A DNA stretch of 64,000 nt from the NCBI GenBank assembly GCA_013265495.1, contig MU058292.1, forward strand, positions 1-64,000. The letters run 5' to 3'. The stretch comes from Vicugna vicugna. Taxonomy: Eukaryota. The notes beneath the pieces are model-generated. The model did no database searches. It saw only the letters and a list, made by a program, of their open reading frames with translations, and was not told where the DNA came from. A program made the translations under genes and the position numbers. Positions 27,501-39,500 of the stretch are shown piece by piece (within the stretch, counting starts at the first letter, position 1; every line of letters begins with the position of its first letter).

Positions 27501-30500
27501 TTACAGAGGAAGGAAACGGAGCCTGGATACAATCTTTAGTGCTGGCTGATATGTGGAGCAGAAACAGTCACCAGATGACCCTGAGCCGGGAAACCATGCG
27601 AGGACAAACCACATGCGTGCTGGGCTCGGGAGAACTGAAAATCAGGACCAGTGTTTTAATCCCACAGGCCACGCCTGTACGATGGAAGACAGTGGAAACA
27701 GGGATTACAAGGCAAAAGTCCAGACCTCTAGAGGAGAGTAACAAAGTGGGGCAAAGACAAAGGCAAGGACATTCGGAAGTGGGAGGGAGTGTTTCTCCAG
27801 CAGCTCCCACTCATGTCTTCCCTAAAAACTGCTTCATTCAACTCCTGCAAATGCTGTGGGACAGCATTTATCAGTCCTGGAGACAGGACAGAGGGGCCAG
27901 GCCATGCAGACACCTCACCCAAGGTCACGTACCTGGTGGTAACAGCCACCGAATGCCAGGCTCAGGAGCTGCCAGCTACAGCACAGCTGAAAGTGCCTGT
28001 TGGGCTCAAATGACTGTGCCCACCAATGCAGCATGAGTACAGACTAAAGGCTCATGTTTCTTACTATTTTCTGGCCATGTCTGAGAGTGCAGTCATATTT
28101 GAGTTTATGCACACTGCAGTACCTGTCTGTAGTTTAAAGCATCCAGATAGACCGAGTTTTGAGCAAAAACCACTGATTTACAAGGCATGTTGATTCCTAA
28201 GGCAAGTGTCCCCGTAGCTGTCACCACCTGGAAAAAGAATAGAACAATTACTTCATAAAACAGCATTTCAGTGGAGGCCACAGAGTAACTGAAACTCCTG
28301 CAACTCAGTGAGGCCCCAGAGGGACAGAGACACGAGTGCATGGGCATTCTCGTGGTGTCACAGCACCTCTGGGGCACCCACCCAGGCCACTCCCGCCACT
28401 CAGCTCTGCCCAGAACACCCTTCTCCCAAGTATCTGTTCACCCTGCTCCTCCGGACCTCCACTCCACGCCAGAGAGAAAGTTCTGGAGCATGACACCCCA
28501 AATACCCACCCGTCCTCATGACCCCCTGTGGCGTCAATGACATGACCACAGGTGAGTCTGGTTAAGCCCTGCCCAGCACAGTGTGTCCCCCAGAGCAGAG
28601 GGCCTGCCCCGGCCAGTGACTGGGGAACACGCAGAGGGGAATGACCAGAAAGGAACCCTTCACCTGGCGTCCACCCTCTGACAGACCCACGTGGGGGCAG
28701 CTGACTGCTTCACCCACTGTGACATTAGTGAAGCTTATCTCTATGAAAATCACACATCTAAGTAATATGAGCAAAACAATGTTTCAGTTTTCCTCCTGAA
28801 TTGCCATAATAACTGACACAAAAATTCTAAAGCAAAATTTAATGTTTCTTAAATAATCCACTTTCAGGTGGATTTTTTCATATAATACTAGGTACGTCTC
28901 ATTGTCCTCTCTTTCTCTTTATATTGACTGTCGTGAAGTCATGGCTAAGGTTCATGTTTCTCTAATTATTCTCAACCTTAACTCTATAATCTGTCAAAAT
29001 GAAACACCACTTATGAACTGTTTTTTTTAAACTTCAATAAGAACACAAATGGGAAAAGTAATAACATTACGTTTAGACTATAACCAGCATAAACATCTTT
29101 TTAAAAATGTGTTCTCAATAGCAAAACTATCACTTTTCCAGAATGATCCAGTTTCCCATGTATTAAACTAAGGGTAACTGAGCAACTACCAGTTAACAGG
29201 TACTATTTGTGCTGATCAAAACAGGTGCACCGCTTTAACTCAATTCATAATCATGTGAAAAGTTTTCTTTCTGGTTACTGACTTTTAAAATAAGTATGTA
29301 ACTTGTTATTAGTCAAGGAAAAAACCAAGCAAAGTTTTTAACAATATAGTTTGGTTTTTTCCCAGATTACAGAATTACCCTTAAATTAGGGTGTCAGATT
29401 TTCCTCAAGATTTACTTATTAAGATTAAAGGATACCACCTAGAGTAGCAGAATCAATCTCTCTCTGTGCACGCGTGCACACGCACGTGCACACACACACA
29501 CACACACAATGTACATAATACAAAAAATTAATGTGGGTTATTAGAAAAACTTAGGGTCTACTTTAAAATACTACTCAAGGTCTGAATTAACCAGGAAATT
29601 ATATAAACCATTTCTGTGAATTTATCCAGATGATCCCCGCACATCCTTACAGGACATGCCCCCTACAACACAGGGAGCACTGGGTGGTAAGTGGTACCCT
29701 TCCTCCTGTCCACATCAGGGACGGACACAGGGCGTGTAACACGCCCCCTACAATGTAGTGAGCACTGGGTGGGGAGAGGTACTCTTCCTCCCACCCACAT
29801 CAGGGATGGACGCGGGGCATGCAGGATGACCCTGTGCCCAAAGTCAGTCGAGACACGCAGCGAGCCCCGAGGGTGCAGCACATTCTTGTTCTTACTTCAG
29901 CTGCTACCCAAAGAAAAGACCAGATCAAAGGTCTGACCACAGCTACCATGAATGTCCTTCATGCCCATGAGCAGATATCTGCAGCCAAGATCACGTGAAC
30001 AGCCAAGAAAATCCCCAAATGTTATCAACGAAAAGCAGGGACTGCTCCAAGATCACTGCAGGTATATTTCATGGTAGAAAACACTTGGAAAAGTACCTGT
30101 TTAGGGGATATTTTAACCTCATGAAAAGAGAGAAACTGAATGGTAAATTTCAAGTCCCCTCCCTCAGTGAAATGGGATGGACTATGCAGTGGTACTAGGG
30201 GGTCGTTAAGAAAAAAAAGATGAGAAAAAATGGTTATTTTCACTTTTTATGGGTGTTCAGCTTCATACAGACACAGTTTCAATTTTTAGAATGAAGAACT
30301 TTACCTACCCTAATAAATCCTTTCCTAAAAAGAATCTCCACTAACTGTTTTTCCTTGGCGTTCAGAGAGCTGTGGTGATATCCAATCCCCCTTCCTGCCA
30401 AAGCCTTCAATTCTGCACCTTTTCTTGTGAATTTCACTCGTTCAAACACCATCTGCAAAGACTAAAAGAAGCAAGAGTTTTAGGGATTTTGATAATTTTG

Positions 30501-33500
30501 TATCTAATTTTAATTTAAATCAGAATAAAAAGTGTTGAAATAAAAGTAACAGGCATCCTACACAATAATTTGGCTAACTGTGGTGACTGAAGCTGACTCT
30601 CCATGTAAAGAAAATTTTAAAGAATGACAGGAACTACAGGAAGTGATCCAGACTCTGAGCAGAACTGGCGCTGCCTCACCCCAGCTCAGGGGTGAAGAGA
30701 GCTGCTCCTGCCTGGGGAGGTTGGCTCTGCCTGCCGAGCTTCCCAGGGGGAAGAGAGGTTTGTTTCTCCAAGAAGGCAGAGCAGCTAACCTTTCATGGTC
30801 ACAGAGAGCCTTAAAAATAGCCATGCCCGAAGAGGGAAATCCACTTGTGTGCAGACTTTTATGTACCAAGACAAACATCGCTTATGAGAGAGAAAAGGAA
30901 AAAAAAACACCCTAAATCTTAAATCCAAAAGCAAGACACTTCCATGGTACTATTACCCACACAACGTGATGCCAACGATCTATGAAAACAGTGACTAAAG
31001 CACTGCTGTTAAACAGGAGGAGACCATAAGTGCCCAAAGAATGACACGACAATGCACACGCAGGGGTGGGAGCGTGGTCACAGGTAAAAGGCAAGACAGC
31101 GGGGGAGAGCACAGCTCCGTGGTGCAACACATGCCCAGCAGGCACGAGGCCCTGGGTTCAACCTCCAGTACCTCCTCTAAATAAATAAATAAATAACCTA
31201 ATTACCTACCCCCCTAGAAAATACAAAAAAAAATTTTTTTAATTAAAAAAAAATTAGGTGAGAAAGGCTCACCCAGAAGGGCCGTGATTTCTTCTGATTG
31301 CTGGGCTTGCTTTTATTGCCACTAATCTGTATTACCAAAGGCACGCGTCATGTGCGTTAAAACATGTGCGAAGGAAGAAATGGCACCCCACTTTCAGAGG
31401 TTTCAGTGTCTTTTACATAAAGTCTGTTCATGAGAAATTCTGTGTATGGTATTTGAAATGTACTGGACCACATGTGCTGAAATTCTCAGGTGAGGCAGGT
31501 GACACAGGAAGGAGTCTGGACTTGAGGCTGAGAAAAACAGCATCACAGAAAGAAATAACGGAAGGGCAGCCACTTCCAGTTTCACTGTTAATAAGCAGAA
31601 AATCGTCCATAACCTCCATCCTGCCCCTTCCTTCAGACCCACTCAGTGACCCGAGGGGTCAGGCACAGCCAGCAGGTCACGCACAGAAATCTCTGCTCTG
31701 GAAAGGACGCCCTGAGCTAGAGCACTCCACTCCACCCGCAGCAGGGACGCAAGGGCAGGGGTGTGAAATGATTTCCCTCCATCCCACAGGCTGACCTCAT
31801 TGTCTATTGCCTTCTGGTCAGCATAGGTACAGTCCTGAGGAATCTCCAAGTTCTTCTCAAGAACCCTGAGCAGATGATCATATTCAGCATCATGGATTAG
31901 GCTCTGATCCATTTTTCTGGGCTTTTTCTGGCTTTTTTCATCTCTGTTTATGAAAACAAATTTTAAGGAGTGAGGTGTGAGATCTGGTCACCAGGAGCAG
32001 CCCAAGACTTCCCAGACCCCTCAACAGGTGGATGCTCACTTGCACACACCTGCCAGGTCCTGCACCAGTCCTCCTCCTCCCCAGCCTCTGCAACTTGCAG
32101 GGCTGCATCAGAAAAGCCTGACCATCTCTGCACATTTCCTCCCTTCTGCCAAATCCCGTTCTCCAATATGACCCCTGATCCTTGTTCCTGTGGCCATTCT
32201 CCTTCTCGGCCTTTGTGACACAGGGCTGGGAGGAAGTGGTGGGGGTGCTCCTTCTCTCCTCCAGTGGACACTGCTACAGCTGCTCTTAGTTTGGCTGCTA
32301 AGTGCTCTTGGTGACACCCCTCCCTGGAGAACTGCCCTCCAGTGACAGGAGACCCCGGGAAAAGCCTGGGAGGTTACAACCTGTCCTGGGGCCAAGAGGG
32401 TGACCCCCACCAGTAACTGACTAATGGGAGGCACAGGAGTCAGCCACCTGAGAAGCAAGATGGTGGAGCAGAAGGACACTTGTAGCTCACCCTCTCCCAC
32501 AGATACACCAAAACTCACATCTATGGACCCATTGAGCCAATCAGAGCACCTGTCGAACTCCGACAGAACATCGCCCTCTTCGAAAGACAAAGATGCCAAA
32601 AATCTGGTAGGAGAAAAGGAAAAAAGAAAAAGCAAAACAGTGCGGGACCGGTCCCACGGGGAGGGAGCAGCAAAGGAGGAATAGCGCTTGCTCGCTGGGT
32701 CTCCCCCCTCCAACGGAGAGGCCAATGGGATGGAGGGGGAGCCTCCGAGGCTCAGATCTACCCCGAGAACCCCTTGACCAACAGAAGTAAGTTAAACGGG
32801 CACAAAGGCTCCCTGCGACACCCAGCCCAAGACACCAGCAGCTGGAGACTAGGACAGGCCACCTGAGCTGGGTGGAGGACTGGGGCAGCTGCACTGAGGC
32901 AGCCCCAGGGGACTGCAAGGTGCTGTGCACCATGACTGGGATGCGATACAGAGCAGAACAACCTCGGTCCCCCATAAATTGTGAAAAAAGCAAAGCAACA
33001 CGGCTGGTGTGCCCTGCGGGGAGGGACACTGTAGCCTTTGTCTCCTCAGACCCGCGGTGCCATTACTGGAGCTTCTCACAAGAAAAGAGGCGGGGTGCAG
33101 CCACAGCTGCCATATCCTCCTGTGCGCAGCGCCCAGGCCAGGGCGGGGCCGAGACCTGAATCTGCACCTGGGGCTCTGCAACCTCCTAGGCAGGACTGAG
33201 ACTTGTTTACAGCCCAAGGCAGATAGGATCTTTCTGCCCTGGCATCTCAGAGAACTTACACTGCCAAGACAAACACGGAGTTGAGATTTGGCATGGAGCA
33301 GGGGCGGGGATGTTCTGCAGTCTTCCCCGAGCCCGTCCACGGAGTGCCGACCAGAGGTGGAGTAGGCAGCTGCACAGAGCAGCTGAGTGACCGGCGCCAG
33401 GAGAGGTGGGGCAGCCACCTGCCTTCCTGGCAGGAACACAACACCTGATCACCACGCTGGGAGGGGGCACAATCCGCCCACCTGCCTCGCCCTGAGCAGT

Positions 33501-36500
33501 ATCTGACTGTGACATCAGGAGGGGGAGTGACCCGCCAGTCCACTGGTGCCAGAGAGATATGAGCAATATGAAGAAGCAGAGGAACCACTCCCAATTAAAA
33601 GAGCAAGAGAAATCCCATGAAAGCACAATCAAGGAAATAGGCACTGATGGCCTACTAGATCAAGATTTCAAAAAAAGGAGTGATCAAAGTACTTAAGGAA
33701 CTAAAAGAAATAGTGTTTAGAGATATAAAATATGTCAAAAATGAAATAGAAGCTATAAAGGAGAACCAAGTAGAATTAGTAAACTCATTTGTTGAGATGA
33801 GAGCTGACCTAAAGGCTGTACAAAGCAGGCTAGATAATGCAGAGGAACGAATAAGTGACCTAGAAGACAGGACAACAGAAAGCACCCAATCAGAACAGCT
33901 GAGAGAAAAACAAATAAAAAACAATGAAAACAATATAAGGGACCTATGGGATAATATAAAGTGTGCCAATCTATGCATAATAGGGGTTCCAGAAGGGGAA
34001 GAAAGAACAAAGGGGATTGAAAAGGTATTTGAAGAAATCATGACTGAAAACTTCCCAAACCTAAAGAAAGAATCAGATATCCAAGCACAGGAAGCTCAGA
34101 GGGTCCCAAACAGGAAGAACCCAAACAGACCCACACCAAGACATATCATAATCAAGATGGCCAGAGTCAAAGATAAAGAAATGATCCTAAAGGCAGCAAG
34201 AGAAAAACAAAGAGTGAGTTACAAGGGAACCCCCATAAGGCTCTCAGCTGATTTCTCTGCACAAACACTACAGGCCAGAAGGGAGTGGCAAGATATATTC
34301 AAAGTCCTGAATGAAAAAAAGATGCAGCCTAGGATACTCTATCCAGCAAGGCTATCCTTTAGAATAGGAGAGATAAAGAACTTCACAGACAAGCAAAAAC
34401 TAAGAGTTTAGCAACATTAAACCCATGCTAAAATAAATACTGACAGGTCTACTATAAACAGAAAAGCAGCAGGATGCTACAAAAATGAGAAACTCTTAAC
34501 TGGAAAGGTGATAACTACCAAGAATTCCAAATAGAATAAACACAGAATTGTAAAAGAAGACATCTAAATCATTAAGAATGGGAGAGGGAAGTAAGGAAAG
34601 CCACTGTGGAAAACAGTATGGAGATTCCTCAGAAGAACAGGAATAGACTTACCATATGACCCAGGAATCCCGCTCCTGGGCTTATATCCAGAAGGAACTC
34701 TACTTCAAAAATGACACCTGCACCCCAATGTTCAAAGCAGCACTATTTACAATAGCCAGGACATGGAAACAGCTTAAATGTCCATCAACAGGTGACTGGA
34801 TAAAGAAGAGGTGGTGCATCTATACAATGGAATACTACTCAGCCATAAAAACCAACAACATAACGCCATTTGCAGCAACATGGATGATCCCAGAGAATGT
34901 CATTTCTAAGTGAAGTCAGCCAGAAAGAGAAAGAAAAATACCATATGAGATCACTCATATGTGGAGTTTAAAAAAATAAATAAATAAATACAAAACAGAA
35001 ACAGACTCATAGACATAGAATACAAACTTGTGGTTGCCAAGGGGGCTGTGGGTGAGAAGGGACAGACTGGGATTTCAAAATGTAGAATAGATAAACAAGA
35101 TTATACTGTGTAGCACAGGGAAATATATACAAGATCTTGTGGTAGCTCACAGCGAAAAAAAAGTGACAATGAATATATGGATGTTCATGTATAACTGAAA
35201 AATTGTGCTCTACACTGGAATTTGACACAACATTGTAAAATGACTATGACTCAATAAAAAAAAGTTAAAAAAAAAAGGAGTCAGCCACCTAAACCCCAGC
35301 TAGGATGGTTCTGCGATGCCCCCAGGCCCGCCCCCCACCCTGCCCTGCCGCTGGCCAGGCTGAGGCCAAGTTTCAGCAACAACCACACCCTAAGGTCTCT
35401 TCATCACTTTGTCACTGGCCCCTCATGGGTGCATCCCTTCAACAGATCACTTACACGGGGCCCCACCTCAGATCCCTGAGGTGTGGGGAGCCTGACCTAG
35501 GACACCGTGCCTTAAACACTGGATTTGACTCAGCCATCAGATGGCATTTCCCGTCACTCCTCACTGGTACTGCCATCTACAGACCCCAGAGCCCTGGTCC
35601 TCCCTGGGACTGTCTCTGGACTGTGCACACAAGACAGCTCCAACAGGAGGCGATGAGCACACCAGTGTTGCACCATATATATCCTCACCTTCAACTAACA
35701 CTCCCTCACCTTTAGGGAGGACACTGTCACCGGGAAAGCGTGGCGCCACTCTTTGTGGGGAGCAGAGATACTGGGGCTCACAGACTGTTGTCCAGCTGTT
35801 TATAAGTTTTAAATCGAGGTAACAAACTTTCCAAGTAAAACACATCCTCCCGCCACCCTGGCATGTTCAGCCCCGTTAGGATCGGATTGTGGAAGGGGAG
35901 AATGAGTCCAGGGGCCGTGTCTGCCAGGCGAGGAGCACCAACTCCTCACCTACGGCACCGGATGCAAATGGAGAGCTCAGCGTGGGAGCCCCCACCCTCT
36001 GTGTGCTCATGGCACTGAACAAGGTACCAAACATCCTTTTCCTTCTAATAGCTGGAATTGATCACTAATCCAACTTGAAATCGCGCCCCAAGCACCCTGG
36101 GGAAGCTGTCTAAAGCAGACCAATTACTGCCAAGGCCGAGATCTCCCACTGCTATTAGGACATGAGTATGTGTGTCAGCAGCAATTTCTGACTCAATCCG
36201 GAATTTGAGAAATCTGAGTCAGAGAAGCTCTAAAAGCTGTTTCAACACTGAGGGAAGTAACTCCTATTTGTTTCAAAGCGGCACAAGGCTGACCTACCAA
36301 GCAACGAGGAACAGGCATGGTTCCTGCCAGGCTAGAGCGAGGACTTGGCGAAAGCCAGACGTGCAAAGACAATAGCCGGACATCCCACTTGACCTATAAA
36401 CTTGATGTGAGGTGAGAGCAGGGTGAGCACAGATTCAGAGCACAGCAAAACTAGAGCAGAAGCCTGAGGGCAGCAGGAAGGCCATCCAGGCAGAAGGGCC

Positions 36501-39500
36501 GGAATGCGGAGACGGGCAGCAGAACGCACCATGTGGGGAGAATGATTCATGCTGAGCCTTGTCAGATGGGAGCAGGAGGCAGTGAACCTGCCAAGTGAGG
36601 GCAAAACCCAAACATGTCTGCCCACCAACAACAGCCAAGGAGTTCCAGACCTCACCCCTGAAGCAAGAAAGAAGAAAGAACCCTGAGTGGGGGTAACAGT
36701 TCATCTGATTGCTACCTTGACCACAGGGTGGTGGGCCGTGGCGCTCTGGAGTCTGAGGAGGAAACCTCTGAGGTGATCCACAGAAGATATGGGGGCATTT
36801 AAACTGGCCATGACTGAGGACGGAGAGGGTAACAGGGGACTGCTCATTTGGGCCCCAGAGTGGTCAAATCAGACACTGAGAACAAGGAAGCAAAAATCTG
36901 GCTGTTCTGTCCACTGTGTGGTCACTCATGTGACTGCAGTGGTGCCTCAGTGACCTGAGACACTGTGGCAGACTGTGTCCACGCCTCTGGGGACCAACAG
37001 GGTCACAGTCACCTGTGTCACAGGTGTGCTTCCTGTCAGGTACATTATCTACCTGTGCTCGTAGCTGTGCTCCGGCCTCTCCCAGGGCCCAGGAGACTCA
37101 CCTCTGTGACTAAGGAACATGTAAATATTGGGCCACTTCCGTTTACCCTGTCCTCCCGCCCTGTTTACTCAATTTGCAAGTAAGTCTACACAACAACTAG
37201 AACGGCACTGCAGCACGTTCAGTGTGTTTCCTCCTGGGACCTGGTGGAGTATTTCAACCACCTGCTAACCATCAATCTGCTTAGCCACATACTTACACTG
37301 TCTTCTGTTTCTCCATGGATTTTTTAACTTTTCGAAGTTTATTGGCCACATCATAGGCCTCCTTGTCAGCCTTGGGGGGCCTTTTTATCTGCTGCTTTTG
37401 CTCCAGGAAAGTTTTCACACTTCCTGCCCTTTGCTCAACATCCCCTAAATTAAATCTGGGAACAAACAAAAAGAATGCTTGGCTTAAAAATAATGCAATT
37501 AAGAAAATTCAATCACATGTCCATCCACGGTTGCCATCCTGACATCTACCTGTGGGGTTTTGAACACCCATCTTTAGGAGTTTTGTCCTGAATAGGCACA
37601 CCAGGAGTTCTGGGTCTGTGAGTTGTAAGTTCCCCTCCCAGCCCCAGACCTTGCTCCTGGGGTTATGGCAATGAGCAGCCCGGAGGCTGTCCCTGTAGGA
37701 GTGGTCAGGCATCCCCAGGCAAGGGACAGGGACAAGAGATGTTCTTCACACATAGGAGAGGGATGCTTCCCCTCTTAAGAGATGAAAAAAATGTTTTAAA
37801 AACAAAAAAAAATTTTGCTCTTTAATTTATTTGTATTGTTTTCATAGCTGCTCTTGTGTTGAATTCCACTGGTCTTTAATTGTGCTTCATAAAAAAATCA
37901 AAGACTGTTAGTATTATGTAAATATATGTAAGTCCAGATTCCGTTTTTTAAAAATTGAAGTACAGTTGATTTATAATTTGATGTTAGTTCCAGGTGTACA
38001 GTACAGTGATTGAGGCTTTCTGCAGATTAAGCTCCGTCACAGGTTATCAGAAGTAACAACTATCCCTCCTTGTGCTGCACAGACATCCTCGCCGCTCATA
38101 CCTCACACACAGTGGTCTGTACTCTTAATGGCAGCCCACCGTGCGTCCTCCCCCTGCCCTCTTCCCTTTGCTGACCGGAAGTTTGTTTTGTCTGTGTGCC
38201 TGTTTCTTTTTCACATATAGATGTGTATTATTTTTGAGATTCCACATACAAGTGATACCCTCCGTATCTGTCTTTCTCCCTCTAGTTTACTTCACTAGAG
38301 AATACTATGTTTAGTGAAATAAGTCAGATTTCTTGATGGCCGAATCTTTTGTGAATTTTAGTGCCTCCTTTGTGTTTCTCCACGTGTCTTTTGTTGGCAG
38401 TCTAAGACATGACTGATGGGTAATGCTGTGTATGTCTGGGGCGCACAACGTGGTGACCTGACATAAGCATGTGCAGCACAATGGTCACAACAAGGTTAGT
38501 GAACAGAACCAGCCCCTCACATAGTCACCCTTTTTCCTCCTATGGTGAGAACACTGAAAATCTACTGTCTTGGCCACTTTCAAGTGTGTGATGCTGTACT
38601 GTTGACTGTAGTCACTGTGCGGACATCAGAATAGACCCCCAGGACTTAACTCCTCTCACAACTGAGATCTGCACCTTGGCCCACCTCCCCCTCTCTCTCA
38701 GCCCCATGTCCCTGGCAACCCTTAATCTACTGTTTCTCTGAACTAGGCTTTTCCAGATTCCACATGTAACTGAGATCATACAGTAAAATTCTGCTCCTTT
38801 AGGCAGGATGAAGAGAATTTGGGGTTGTCACCCTAAACTCTTGGATTGTGACTATTTCTTTCTAGACACCAGATCAACCCAGGTGCCTCTGGCCTCTACA
38901 ATCCAGAAATGTCTCCATAGTCTGGGATTTATGCCTTTTGAAGAAATACTTAGGGACACATGGTCTGGACTTCCTGGCACCTTGGAACTTAAACTAGCAT
39001 GTTGTAAGGATATTCTAATTTTATGTGGGGTAACTGGGTGCATAAATGTTCAATTTGTTTTGCAAACAATCTAGGTCTTTACTGAAAATTAACAAGACCT
39101 GAATAAAAATATAGTAGTTTATAGTCAAAGGAAAACAAGAAATGGAGAAGGAAACCAAATAAAGATGGTATCTTTCAATAGCACGAGTAAAATTATTTTT
39201 TTAAGAACTGAACTAGAAACTCTGCACTCTGATAACAAAAGGGCACCAAAAGTAGTAATAAACATTACTTTACAGAATAGTCTGTACAACTTTCCTTAAC
39301 TTAAAGGAATAACTCTAATACAAATTATGACTAAAAACAAATAAAATGACTCACAAAAAAAATAGTGCAGGTAACTTTTTCATCTGGCTGAGCTTTTCAA
39401 CGAGAAGTGGAAACAGATCTGCCATGTTTTCTGAACTAACAACCGAAACTGGACGAAGATTCCGCAGGACTGTTCTGGCCTGTAACAACAAACAGAAAAT

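Noticed and set aside
32108..33644. Cluster of long ORFs (up to 205 aa) on both strands
   Set aside because: They overlap the GC-rich L1 5' UTR, where stop codons are scarce; no recognisable protein similarity
36701..36718. 17/18-nt match (tcatctgattgctacctt) to the distal donor region at 53022-53039
   Set aside because: Similarity does not extend convincingly into the VYVAPTK-coding part; could be chance and cannot be supported as a fourth copy
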